A stretch of DNA of 64,000 nucleotides from Woeseiaceae bacterium (GTDB taxonomy: Bacteria > Pseudomonadota > Gammaproteobacteria > Steroidobacterales > Woeseiaceae). The stretch spans positions 1,710 through 65,709 of the forward strand of contig JASJCH010000021.1 in the NCBI GenBank assembly GCA_030066075.1, in the 5' to 3' direction. Below the pieces are notes generated by a model. It searched no databases, was not told the origin of the DNA, and saw nothing but the letters and a program-made list of their open reading frames with translations. Below, in pieces: positions 29,200-38,481 of this stretch; the first letter of the stretch is position 1; every line of letters begins with the position of its first letter. A program made the translations under genes and the position numbers.

Positions 29200-31068
29200 T
29201 TGCTCGGACGCGGTGCCATTATTGCTGCGCTATGCCTGTTACTCCTGGGTCTCGCGCTACCGGCGCAAGCGGCGAAGGACGATCCTGAGCCGATAGTCGT
29301 CGAGGACCCGCATTACGGCGAGGTCCTGTTCTACTTCTACCAGGATGATTACTTCCCGGCGATCGTGCGGCTGCTCGCCGCGCAGGAGCAGAACCAGCTG
29401 GACGACCACGAACAGCAGGCGGAGCTGCTGCTGGGCGGCCTGTACCTGTCCTACGGGCATCACCTCGAGGCGGCGGAAATATTCGAGCGCCTGCTTGCCG
29501 ATAACGTCAACGAGGAAATCCGGGACCGCACCTGGTTCTTCCTGGCGAAGATCTGGCTGCAGCGCGGCTATATCGACAAAGCCCAGGACGCTTTGTCCAA
29601 CCTGAGCGAAGATCTGCCCAAGAATCTGTGGCGCGAAGCGCAGATGCTGCAGTCACAGATCTATATCAACAGCGGCCAGTATGAGCAGGCGATCGAGTTG
29701 CTGGGCAATTGGAAGGGCCGTACCGAGTGGTCGCGCTACGCGAAGTTCAATCTCGGTGTCGCGTTGGTTCGCAGCGGCAATGTCGAGGCCGCGAAAGAGA
29801 TCCTGAGCGAGCTCGGCGAAATCGACCCTTACAACGACGAACTGACCGCAATCCGTGACAAGGCCAACCTCGCCCTCGGCTACGCGCTGCTGCAGGATGG
29901 CCAGCCGCAGGCCGCGAAAGTACCGCTGCAACGCGTGCGCCTAGACGGCCCTTTTTCCAACAAGGCGTTGCTCGGAGTGGGCTGGGCCGACGCCGAGGTC
30001 AATAATTACCGTCGCGCCCTGGCGCCCTGGATGGAGTTGCGCGGTCGCGACGTTCTCGACCCGGCCGTTCAGGAGTCCATGCTGGCCATTCCGTACGCGC
30101 TGGCCAAGCTGGACGCCGTAAGCCAGGCCGCCGATCACTACCTGAACGCGATCGAGGCTTTCTACGAGGAAACCAATCGGATCGACCGGATGATCGGCCT
30201 GATCGAGTCCGGCAAGATTTTCGATTTCTTCCTCGACGAGGATCCTCTCGGCACGACCGGCTGGTACTGGCGTCTCGAAGCGCTGCCGGAAGGTCCCGAG
30301 GCACGCTACCTCTACTTGATGCTTGCGTCCCACGAGTTCCAGGAAGGCCTCAAGAACTACCGCGACCTGCATTACCTGAACCGCAATCTCGATAGCTGGC
30401 GGGGCAGCATCGACGTGTTCGCGAACATGCTCGAAACGCGCAAGGAGGCTTACGACGAGCGCCTGCCGCGTATCGAGGACGCGCTGGCGCGGGCCGATAT
30501 TGACGAACTCGTGCAACGCAAGTTCGAGTTCGATTCCGAGCTCGACCGGATAGAGCGCGAATTCGACTGGCTCGCGTTCGCCAACGAGCGCGAGTTCGAG
30601 AACTGGAGCGAGATATCCGAGTTCGCCTCGAACCCGGCACTGAACGCCGACATTCCCGAGGCGGCCGAGGTCCGCGAAAAGGTGGAGTTGCTCCAGGGCG
30701 TCCTGCAGTGGGAACTGGAGAAGCAGTTCAAAGACCGGCTCTGGCGCGCCCGTCGTGACGTGCGTGAAACCGGCGAATCGCTCGTCGAGGCCCAGCGCGC
30801 GCGACGCCAGATCGATGACACGATGCGCGACGAAGCGCTGCGGTTCGAGGACTTCAGCAATCGCGTCTATGGTCTTGGCCCGAAAATCGACGACATGCAG
30901 CTGCAAGTTGCCGAGGCGATGGGCAGCCAGCGCGCCTTCCTGCAGTCGATCGCGGTCGGTGAGTTGCAGGCACAGAAACAGCGCCTCGACGTCTACACGG
31001 TGCAGGCGCGCTTCGCGCTTGCGGCCATCTACGACCTTGCTGCCTCGACGGGGAGCGGGGACGAATGA
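29200..31068 (+). CDS. Exported TPR plus coiled-coil protein
   Basis: TTG start 3 nt after the upstream stop; signal peptide ...LALPAQA; TPR-like helices in the N-terminal half; long Glu/Arg-rich coiled coil in the C-terminal half. Confidence 0.75.
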   Translation: MLGRGAIIAALCLLLLGLALPAQAAKDDPEPIVVEDPHYGEVLFYFYQDDYFPAIVRLLAAQEQNQLDDHEQQAELLLGGLYLSYGHHLEAAEIFERLLADNVNEEIRDRTWFFLAKIWLQRGYIDKAQDALSNLSEDLPKNLWREAQMLQSQIYINSGQYEQAIELLGNWKGRTEWSRYAKFNLGVALVRSGNVEAAKEILSELGEIDPYNDELTAIRDKANLALGYALLQDGQPQAAKVPLQRVRLDGPFSNKALLGVGWADAEVNNYRRALAPWMELRGRDVLDPAVQESMLAIPYALAKLDAVSQAADHYLNAIEAFYEETNRIDRMIGLIESGKIFDFFLDEDPLGTTGWYWRLEALPEGPEARYLYLMLASHEFQEGLKNYRDLHYLNRNLDSWRGSIDVFANMLETRKEAYDERLPRIEDALARADIDELVQRKFEFDSELDRIEREFDWLAFANEREFENWSEISEFASNPALNADIPEAAEVREKVELLQGVLQWELEKQFKDRLWRARRDVRETGESLVEAQRARRQIDDTMRDEALRFEDFSNRVYGLGPKIDDMQLQVAEAMGSQRAFLQSIAVGELQAQKQRLDVYTVQARFALAAIYDLAASTGSGDE

Positions 31069-33887
31069 TGGTCCGTGGTCTCACACTCCTGTTATTGCTC
31101 GTAACAGCCGCGTTCGCCCAGGCGGACGAGGTCAAGAAGCGTGACACGATTGCAAGCCTCGAGGACAAGGAAGTCGATGTCCGCAAAGGCAACGTCATCA
31201 TCGGCAGCACCGACCTCGCACGCGACCAGTACCGCTCATTCCTCGAACTCTCATCCGACGATCCGGAGTTGCGCGCAGAAGCGATGCGCCGTCTCGGCGA
31301 CCTCGAGCTGGACGCGACCGAGGCCGAGCAGTTGGCCGCAAATGTCGACACGCTCAACCACGCCAGCTTCAACAATGCCGTCCAGTTGTACCAGCAACTC
31401 CTGGAGGCCTACCCGGAGTACCGTCGCAACGACACGGTGCTGTACCAGCTCGCGCGTGCTTACGAAATCGGCGGCCGGACCGACGAGGCGCTGCAGGTTC
31501 TCGACGAACTCGTGACGCAGTTCCCGGATACCCCCCTGATTGACGAGGCGCAGTTTCGCCGTGGCGAAATGCTGTTCCTGCGCAAGCGGTACAACGATGC
31601 CGAGATGGCATACCAGGACGTCGTCGCCTACGGGCCGTCCGGCAAGTTCTACGAGCAGTCGCTTTACAAGCTGGGCTGGTCGCAGTTCAAACTGGCCTGG
31701 CACGAGGACAGCCTCGTGAGTTTCTTCGAGCTGCTCGACCGCAAGGTCAGTGGCATCCAGATCCAGGAAGGCGACAAGCGCTTCGAACAGCTAAGCCGTG
31801 CGAACCAGGAGCTCGTCGAAGATACCTTCCGCGTGCTCAGCATCAGCTTCTCGTACATGGACGGCGCGGCCAGCATCACGGAGTTCCTCGAAGGGCGGGA
31901 GCATCCCGAGTACGCCTGGATCGTGTACATGAACCTCGGCGACCTCTACCTCGAGAAAGAGCGCTACCAGGACGCGGCGCAGACTTACGAGGCGTTCGTC
32001 GAGCAGGATCCGTTTCATCCGAAATCGCCGCTGTTGCAGGTCGAGGTTATCGAGTCCTACAAGCGTGGCGGGTTTCCGAGCCTGGTGCTCGACGGCAAGA
32101 AGGGTTTCGTCGAACGCTATGGCATGGACGGCCAGTTCTGGGTGCGCAACCCCCGTGCCGAGAACACGGAGGTCGAGGCGCACCTGAAAGCAAACCTCAA
32201 CGATCTCGCCAAGTACTACCACGCCGAAGCGCAGCAGGATGGCAAGCGCGCCGACTACCAGGAAGCCGCGCGCTACTACCGCAAGTACCTGTCCTATTTC
32301 CCCGGCGAGCCCGATACCGCCAACACGAACTTCCTGCTGGCTGAAGTGCTGTTCGAAAGTAACGACTTCGACGCGGCGACCGCCGAGTACGAGCGTACCG
32401 CTTACGGCTACCCGAACCACGAGAAGGCGTCCGAGGCCGGCTATGCCGCGCTGCTCTCCTACCGCGAGCACGAGCAGACGCTGGCTGGCGCCGAGCAGGC
32501 CCAGGCGCGCGCCGCCTGGCACCAGCAGTATCTCGACAGCGGCCTGAAGTTCGCCGACACCTTTCCGGAACATCCGGAGTCGGGCGCCGTGCTGACCTCG
32601 GTTGCCGAGGACCTGTTCGGCCAGAACCAGTTCGACCTTGCCATCGCGGTCGGTCAGGCCGTGGTGGGCAAGCAGCCGCCGGTCAAGCCTGAACTGGCGC
32701 GCACCGCCTGGACGGTCATCGCTCATTCGCAGTTCGACCTGAGCAATTTCGGGGCGGCCGAGCAGGCGTATTACCAGTTGCGCACGTTCACGCCCGTGGA
32801 CGACGTGGAAGCCAATGAAGAAGTGAAAGACCGCATCGCGTCGTCGATCTACAAGCAGGGTGAGATGGCGCGTGACATGGGCATGCTCGAGGAGGCCGTT
32901 ACGCATTTCACTCGCCTGGGCCAGGTCGTGCCTGACTCCGAGTTTCGGATGACCGCCGAATACGACGCGGCTGCCGCGCTGATTAATCTCAAGGCCTGGG
33001 GCCGCGCCTCGGCTGCGCTGGAGAAATTCCGCGCCGACTACCCGGACAGCGAGTTCACCGACGAGATCACGCAAAACCTCGCCGTGTCCTACCTCGAGTC
33101 GGGTAACAGCGTGCAGGCTGCGCAGGAGTTCGAGCGCATTGCGGCCGCCCCTACGAGCACCGCCGACATTCGTCGCGAGGCGCTGTGGAAAGCCGCTGAC
33201 CTCTATAAGAGCAGCAACACGATCTCGAGCGAGTACCGCGTGCTCTCCAATATCATCGCGCAGTATCCCAACCCGCTGGCAGAGTCGATCGAAGCGCGTT
33301 ACCGCCTGCTGGAGATCGAACGGGGGCAGGGCAATGCGGCCGCTGTCACGGCGCGTCTGGAGGAGCTGATCCGCGTCGATGCGACGGCTGGTTCGCAGCG
33401 CTCGGACCGGACACGCTACCTGGCGGCCAAGGCGTCGCTGGAACTGGCCGAGCCCGTGTTGCGGCGTTTCACGGTGGTCAAGCTCGATCAGCCCCTGGCC
33501 GAAAGCATGAAACTCAAGCGTGAGCTGATGGAGGACGTCATCGAGGTCTATACCGATGCCGCCGACTACGGCGTCGCCGAGGTCACGACCGCCGCGACCT
33601 TCCAGCTCGGCCAGGTCTACGAGCAGTTCAGCCGGGACCTGATGGATTCGGAACGGCCGGCGGACCTCGATGCGGCCGCGCTGGAGCAATACGAGCTGCT
33701 GCTCGAGGAACAAATGTACCCGTTCGAGGAGAAGGCGATCGACCTTTACAAGGCGAATACCGATCGTGCGCCCGACGGCGTCTACGACGAATGGGTGAAG
33801 AAGAGCTTTAACCGCCTCGCCGGCCTGATGCCGGCCAGGTATGCGAAGAGGGAGCGCAGTGAAGATGTCGTTACATCGCTCTATTAA
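31065..33887 (+). CDS. Large exported tetratricopeptide-repeat protein (940 aa)
   Basis: ATGA start/stop overlap with the upstream gene; signal peptide MMVRGLTLLLLLVTAAFAQA; TPR-type A/Y/L periodicity throughout (e.g. YQLARAYEIGGRTDEALQVLDELVTQFPD). Confidence 0.8.
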   Translation: MMVRGLTLLLLLVTAAFAQADEVKKRDTIASLEDKEVDVRKGNVIIGSTDLARDQYRSFLELSSDDPELRAEAMRRLGDLELDATEAEQLAANVDTLNHASFNNAVQLYQQLLEAYPEYRRNDTVLYQLARAYEIGGRTDEALQVLDELVTQFPDTPLIDEAQFRRGEMLFLRKRYNDAEMAYQDVVAYGPSGKFYEQSLYKLGWSQFKLAWHEDSLVSFFELLDRKVSGIQIQEGDKRFEQLSRANQELVEDTFRVLSISFSYMDGAASITEFLEGREHPEYAWIVYMNLGDLYLEKERYQDAAQTYEAFVEQDPFHPKSPLLQVEVIESYKRGGFPSLVLDGKKGFVERYGMDGQFWVRNPRAENTEVEAHLKANLNDLAKYYHAEAQQDGKRADYQEAARYYRKYLSYFPGEPDTANTNFLLAEVLFESNDFDAATAEYERTAYGYPNHEKASEAGYAALLSYREHEQTLAGAEQAQARAAWHQQYLDSGLKFADTFPEHPESGAVLTSVAEDLFGQNQFDLAIAVGQAVVGKQPPVKPELARTAWTVIAHSQFDLSNFGAAEQAYYQLRTFTPVDDVEANEEVKDRIASSIYKQGEMARDMGMLEEAVTHFTRLGQVVPDSEFRMTAEYDAAAALINLKAWGRASAALEKFRADYPDSEFTDEITQNLAVSYLESGNSVQAAQEFERIAAAPTSTADIRREALWKAADLYKSSNTISSEYRVLSNIIAQYPNPLAESIEARYRLLEIERGQGNAAAVTARLEELIRVDATAGSQRSDRTRYLAAKASLELAEPVLRRFTVVKLDQPLAESMKLKRELMEDVIEVYTDAADYGVAEVTTAATFQLGQVYEQFSRDLMDSERPADLDAAALEQYELLLEEQMYPFEEKAIDLYKANTDRAPDGVYDEWVKKSFNRLAGLMPARYAKRERSEDVVTSLY

Positions 33888-34518
33888 TTGGCGGCTGTTG
33901 CTGCCGGTCGGCATGCTCGTCATCGCCGGTTGCGCGGGCTCCGGGTCGAAGCCCGACGCCGCGACCGCGCGTGAGCAGGGTGAGCCGGCGCCGGGACAGG
34001 AACGCGTTCTGCCCGAGATTCCGCCCGCGGCGCAAACTCTCTATGAGCAGGCCGTGGCGGTCATGGCATCCGGTGATTTCGTGGACGCGGAGTTGCGCCT
34101 CAAGGAATTCCTGCTGCAATACCCGGCCTATCCCGGCGCGCACGTCAATCTCGCGATCATTCACTCGCAGAACGAAAACGAGGCCGCCGCGCAGGCGTCG
34201 ATCGACGCTGCGCTGGCCCTGGACCCCAGTCATCCCCCCGCATTGAACCAGCAGGGCATGCTATTTCGCAGAAATGGAAATTTTGTCGAGGCAGAAGCCG
34301 CTTATTTGAAGGCCGTCACAGCTTCGCCCGATTACGCCTTGGCACACTACAACCTGGGTGTTCTCAACGAGCTATACCTCCAGCGGCTCGATGTTGCACT
34401 GCAGCATTTCGAGGTTTACCAGCAGCTGGTCGGTGAAGACAAGCAGGTTGAGAAATGGATCGCAGATCTGAGGCGCCGCGTTGCGGCAACTCAGCGCACG
34501 GCAAACGTGGCGGAGTGA
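33865..34518 (+). CDS. TPR lipoprotein
   Basis: Lipobox MLVIAGC and 3-4 TPR units (...AHVNLAIIHSQ.., ALNQQGMLFRRNGNFVEAEAAYLKAVTASPDYALAHYNLGVL). Start uncertain (33841 or 33865). Confidence 0.75.
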   Translation: MSLHRSINWRLLLPVGMLVIAGCAGSGSKPDAATAREQGEPAPGQERVLPEIPPAAQTLYEQAVAVMASGDFVDAELRLKEFLLQYPAYPGAHVNLAIIHSQNENEAAAQASIDAALALDPSHPPALNQQGMLFRRNGNFVEAEAAYLKAVTASPDYALAHYNLGVLNELYLQRLDVALQHFEVYQQLVGEDKQVEKWIADLRRRVAATQRTANVAE

Positions 34519-34523
34519 CGGAC

Positions 34524-34973
34524 ATGAATACGATGACATTCAGAGTATTCGGCCCCCGATTCATGCTGGCCATGTTGTTGGCAGCGTTTGCCACTTTTGC
34601 GCAGGAGGCGGACGAGCTGGAGCCGGCCGTGGATACCTCGGCGATCGAACCCGCGGTGGATACGTCGAGCGTGGCTGACCAGTCGATCGATGACATCGAG
34701 CCAGCCGTACCGACGGCGGTATTGGCCGCCGACGTAACGCGCGACGAGTCCGGCAGCCAGGTGATGGACCGGCTCGAGCTGGGGCGCACCGAGATTACCG
34801 GCAACCAGGAACTGCCGAAGGTGCTGTACATCGTGCCCTGGCAGAAGTCGGATCCCGGCGACCTGATGGGCAGGCCGGTCAACACGTTGCTCGACGACGT
34901 ACTGGCGCCGCTGGACCGCGAAGAGTTTATGAGGCAGGTCGAGTACCACACCGACCTGTACGGAGAAGAGTAG
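34524..34973 (+). CDS. Exported acidic protein of unknown function, operon member
   Basis: Signal peptide ...AAFATFAQEA and a conserved-looking C-terminus ELPKVLYIVPWQKSDPGDLMGRP. Start at the Met of MNTMTFRVFG. Confidence 0.65.
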   Translation: MNTMTFRVFGPRFMLAMLLAAFATFAQEADELEPAVDTSAIEPAVDTSSVADQSIDDIEPAVPTAVLAADVTRDESGSQVMDRLELGRTEITGNQELPKVLYIVPWQKSDPGDLMGRPVNTLLDDVLAPLDREEFMRQVEYHTDLYGEE

Positions 34974-34995
34974 TAGGAGCGCCCCATGGGCGCGA
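34973..34995 (+). repeat. REP-like palindromic element GTAGGAGCGCCCCATGGGCGCGA
   Basis: Identical 23-mer at 54912..54934 and, inverted, within 59578..59623. Internal GCGCCC/GGGCGC hairpin. Confidence 0.8.
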
Positions 34996-35019
34996 GTTGT
35001 TAAACAGAGGAGCAAGACA

Positions 35020-35661
35020 ATGGGCACAATCGTGCGTTTTTTCCAGGAAGGCGGTGCATTCATGTACCCGATCCTGTTCGTGTTTGCATTCGGCGTGGCG
35101 ATCGCCATCGAGCGCTGGATGTACCTGACGATGTCGGGTGCAGCCAACCGCTCGCTGTGGAAGAAGATCGTCCCGTTCCTGAAAGCGGGCAATTTCCAGG
35201 AGGCGGCCCAGCACACGGCCAAGTCCAAGGCTGCGATCGGTTCGATCCTGACCTACGGGCTGTACCGGGTGAAATCGGCGCGCCGTCGTGACGACATCGA
35301 GAAGGCGATGGAGGAGAGCATGATGGAGGTGCTGCCGCGGCTCGAAAAGCGCACGCATTACCTCGCGACGCTCGCCAATATTGCGACACTGCTCGGCCTG
35401 CTCGGCACGATTATCGGCCTGATCCGCGCGTTCACGGCCGTATCGAACGCCAACCCGGCCGACAAGGCTGACCTGCTGTCGGCGTCGATCTCGGTTGCGA
35501 TGAACACCACGGCATTCGGCCTGATGGTCGCTATCCCGCTGCTGCTGATTCACGCGTTGCTGCAGACCAAGACCAACCAGCTCGTGGACAGCCTCGAGAT
35601 GGCCAGCGTCAAGTTCCTCAACGCCGTAACGGAACGCCAGCTCAAGACTGCCGGAGCGTAA
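35020..35661 (+). CDS. MotA/TolQ/ExbB-family proton channel subunit
   Basis: Three TM helices and the conserved C-terminal region ATLANIATLLGLLGTIIGLIRAF...AMNTTAFGLMVAIPLLLIH. GAGGAG SD. Confidence 0.9.
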   Translation: MGTIVRFFQEGGAFMYPILFVFAFGVAIAIERWMYLTMSGAANRSLWKKIVPFLKAGNFQEAAQHTAKSKAAIGSILTYGLYRVKSARRRDDIEKAMEESMMEVLPRLEKRTHYLATLANIATLLGLLGTIIGLIRAFTAVSNANPADKADLLSASISVAMNTTAFGLMVAIPLLLIHALLQTKTNQLVDSLEMASVKFLNAVTERQLKTAGA

Positions 35662-35664
35662 GGT

Positions 35665-36180
35665 ATGTACCATCGCCGCAAGGGCGGCCGTCGCGCTAAC
35701 CAGGAGACGGCTGAGCTCAACATCACGGCCTTTATGAACCTGATGGTCATTCTGGTGCCGTTCCTGCTGATCACCGCGGTGTTCTCGCGTTTGGCGGTTC
35801 TCGAACTGAACCTGCCAGGCTCCTCAACCGAGCCCGCAGATCCGCAGGAGCAGACGTTCCAGCTTGAAGTCATCGTTCGTAAAGACAAGATAGAAGTCGG
35901 CGATCGCAACCAGGGCCTGCTCGGCGTTTACCCCAATACCGAAGAGGGTGAATACGACTTTAACGCCCTGAGCGAAAAACTGTCCCAGCTCAAGAAGAGC
36001 TATCCGACCAAGACGGATGCCTCGATTCTGCTTGAGCAGGACATCGAGTACGACACGCTCGTGCAAATCATGGACCGGGTACGGGTCGAGGAAGAGGCCG
36101 TGGGACTGACGGTAGTCCGCATTGACCTGTTCCCCGACATATCCATCGGCGACGCACCGGTCGCGTCCGGAGGTGCATAA
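35665..36180 (+). CDS. ExbD/TolR-family protein (first of two)
   Basis: N-terminal LNITAFMNLMVILVPFLLI TM with the conserved acidic/polar signature, then a periplasmic domain. Confidence 0.85.
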   Translation: MYHRRKGGRRANQETAELNITAFMNLMVILVPFLLITAVFSRLAVLELNLPGSSTEPADPQEQTFQLEVIVRKDKIEVGDRNQGLLGVYPNTEEGEYDFNALSEKLSQLKKSYPTKTDASILLEQDIEYDTLVQIMDRVRVEEEAVGLTVVRIDLFPDISIGDAPVASGGA

Positions 36181-36182
36181 GC

Positions 36183-36710
36183 ATGGTCAAGTCAGCCCGC
36201 GCCAAACGCATGGAGAAGCACCACAAGCGCAACAAGAGCTCTGGTGGTCTCAATCTCGTTTCGCTGATGGATATTTTCACGATCCTCGTGTTCTTCCTGC
36301 TCGTCAACTCCTCGAGTGTCGAGACGCTGCCGAACGCGAAGGACCTGCAGCTGCCCGAGTCCATTGCCGAGGAGAAGGCGAAGGAAACCGTCGTCATCCT
36401 TATTGGTGAAGAAGACATCATCGTCCAGGGCACCCCGGTTGCGAAGGTCGCCGATGTCATGAATATCAAGGGCAACGACATCCCGGCACTGCGCGAGGCG
36501 CTGAAGTCGCAGAACGATCGGGTGCTGCGGCGCGAGGCCCAGGACGACATCGCGGGCCGTGAAGTGACGATCATGGGCGACAAGGAAATCCCGTACCGGC
36601 TGCTGAAGAAGGTCATGGCGACGTGCACGGCGTCGGATTACGGGCAGATTTCACTTGCGGTACTGCAGAAGAGCTCCGAGAAGCTCGACGAACTGCAGGC
36701 GGCAAGGTAG
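36183..36710 (+). CDS. ExbD/TolR-family protein (second of two)
   Basis: LNLVSLMDIFTILVFFLLV TM segment with the conserved Asp, then an ExbD-like periplasmic domain. Confidence 0.85.
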   Translation: MVKSARAKRMEKHHKRNKSSGGLNLVSLMDIFTILVFFLLVNSSSVETLPNAKDLQLPESIAEEKAKETVVILIGEEDIIVQGTPVAKVADVMNIKGNDIPALREALKSQNDRVLRREAQDDIAGREVTIMGDKEIPYRLLKKVMATCTASDYGQISLAVLQKSSEKLDELQAAR

Positions 36711-36733
36711 CAAGGACAGCTTAGGAGTAGCGC

Positions 36734-37690
36734 GTGGATTTACCGTTCTACAGAGAGTACGAACTGCCATGGACAGCCGACTCCGGCCAGGAGCGCAAGT
36801 TCCAGCGGATGCTCGGCACGATCTTCCTGGTCGTCCTGGTGCTAAGTATCGCCTGGCCGTTTCTGCCCGCGCCGGAGAGGGAATTCGATGACGTTATCGA
36901 GATTCCGCCGCAGGTCGCGAAACTGCTGCTCGAAGAGCAGCCGTTGCCGCCGCCGCCTCCGCCCGAACCGGAGCCCGAGGAAGAGCCTGAGCCCGAGGAG
37001 GAGCCTGAGCCCGAGCAGGTTGCCGAGGAACCGGAACCCGAGCCCGAAATAATCCCCGAGCCGGAGCCCGAGCCGGATCGCGAGGAAATCGCGCGTGAGC
37101 AGGCGCAGGCCGCGTTCATGCCGTTTGCCGAGGACCTGGCGGATCTCGTCGACCAGGATTTGCTCAACAAGGTGCAGGACGACCGTGAGCTGACCGCATC
37201 AGTTGGCGAAGCGCAGCGCAATGAGCGCTCGATGATCACGTCGAACGTCGGTGCGGCTTCCGGCGGCATCAACACGGCGCAGATGAGCCGTAACACGGGC
37301 GGCACCGGCATCGCCGGCCGCACGACGACCAAGATCGACAGTCCCGTCGCCGACATCGCCCCTGCGGGCGGCGCGCGTCGCGAGGGCTCGAGCGGCAAGG
37401 CGTCACGTTCGCGCGAGGAGATCGAGCTGGTCTTCGATCGCAACAAGGGCGCAATTTTCGCCCTTTACAACCGCGCGCTGCGTAACGACCCGACGCTGGA
37501 AGGCAAGCTGGTCCTGCGGCTGACGATCGCGCCCAATGGCGCCGTGACGTTTTGCGAAGTGGTTTCGAGCGAACTCGGCGACCCGGATCTCGAGGCCAAG
37601 CTGGTGGCTCGCATCAAGCTGTTCCGCTTCGAGGCCAAGGACGTCGAGCCGATCACGACCACCAAGCCGATCGATTTCTTCCCGGCCTAG
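36734..37690 (+). CDS. TonB-like energy-transducer with an acidic Glu-Pro spacer and an AgmX/PglI-type C-terminal domain
   Basis: TAGGAG then GTG start; single TM IFLVVLVLSIAWPF; PPPPPPEPEPEEEPEPEEEPEPEQVAEEPEPEPEIIPEPEPEP. The C-terminus IELVFDRNKGAIFALYNRALRNDPTLEGKLVLRLTIAPNGAV...ITTTKPIDFFPA is TonB-C-like. Confidence 0.8.
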   Translation: MDLPFYREYELPWTADSGQERKFQRMLGTIFLVVLVLSIAWPFLPAPEREFDDVIEIPPQVAKLLLEEQPLPPPPPPEPEPEEEPEPEEEPEPEQVAEEPEPEPEIIPEPEPEPDREEIAREQAQAAFMPFAEDLADLVDQDLLNKVQDDRELTASVGEAQRNERSMITSNVGAASGGINTAQMSRNTGGTGIAGRTTTKIDSPVADIAPAGGARREGSSGKASRSREEIELVFDRNKGAIFALYNRALRNDPTLEGKLVLRLTIAPNGAVTFCEVVSSELGDPDLEAKLVARIKLFRFEAKDVEPITTTKPIDFFPA

Positions 37691-38383
37691 CTAGTATTCG
37701 TCGCGCCGCTTCACCCACTCCTGTGGGTACGTGAGGTCGTCCTCGTTGCGGCCCTTCGGCACGATGTCGAGTAACTGGTAGGTCGCGTTGTAAGGGTCCA
37801 ATCCACGCGCATAGGTTGAATACGTGTGAAAGACGCTGTCTCCGTCAAGCGTGAACACGCTGATGCCCGGTAATTCCTCGATCGCGGCGTTGCCATCCTC
37901 GTAGTTGTAATCGGCTGTGCCTGCGGCGATCTGCCGCGGCGAAAACGACACGCCGAAGTCGTAGTTGAAGGAACTCGTGGCCGACGAGGCCCACGGGAAG
38001 CGCCAGCCCATGCGCTCGCGGTAGGCCAGCAACAGGTCGAGCGGCGCCCGCGATATTGCTACGAGGCTGACGTCGCGTGCCGCCAGGTGCTCCACCGAGC
38101 CGTCGTAAGTGTCCGCCCAGAACGAGCAGGACTTGCAGCCCGCATCCCATTCCGGGTGAAACATGAAGTGATAGACGATCAGCTGCGACGCGTCGCCGAA
38201 CAGGCCGGCGAGCGTCTTGTGGCCGCTCTCCGTCTCGAAGCCGTAGTCCTCGTCGATCTTGCGCCAGGGCAGGGCCCGGCGCTTCTGCGCCAGCTCGTCG
38301 CGCGCCGCCTGGAAGGCCTTCTCCTCTTCCAGCAGCTGCTTGCGCGCCGCCAGCCAGTCCGCGTCGGAAACGATTCGGTTCAT
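37691..38383 (-). CDS. DUF899 thioredoxin-like family protein
   Basis: WLAARKQLLEEEKAFQAARDELAQKRRALPW...IVYHFMFHPEWDAGCKSCSFWAD. GGGGAG SD before the ATG at 38383. Confidence 0.75.
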   Translation of the reverse strand: MNRIVSDADWLAARKQLLEEEKAFQAARDELAQKRRALPWRKIDEDYGFETESGHKTLAGLFGDASQLIVYHFMFHPEWDAGCKSCSFWADTYDGSVEHLAARDVSLVAISRAPLDLLLAYRERMGWRFPWASSATSSFNYDFGVSFSPRQIAAGTADYNYEDGNAAIEELPGISVFTLDGDSVFHTYSTYARGLDPYNATYQLLDIVPKGRNEDDLTYPQEWVKRRDEY

Positions 38384-38481
38384 GCCGGTACTCCCCCGAG
38401 GTTGCATGCGCCAGGTGCCAGTTTACACTGTCGCTCGGTCCGGCCCGTGGGGCCGATGTCTGTCATTCACCAGGATCACTG

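Noticed and set aside
36950-37085. Tandem GAGCCNGAG-type repeats that might look like a repeat array
   Set aside because: They lie in frame inside the TonB-like gene and encode its (Glu-Pro)n spacer. There is no spacer/repeat organisation like a CRISPR array.
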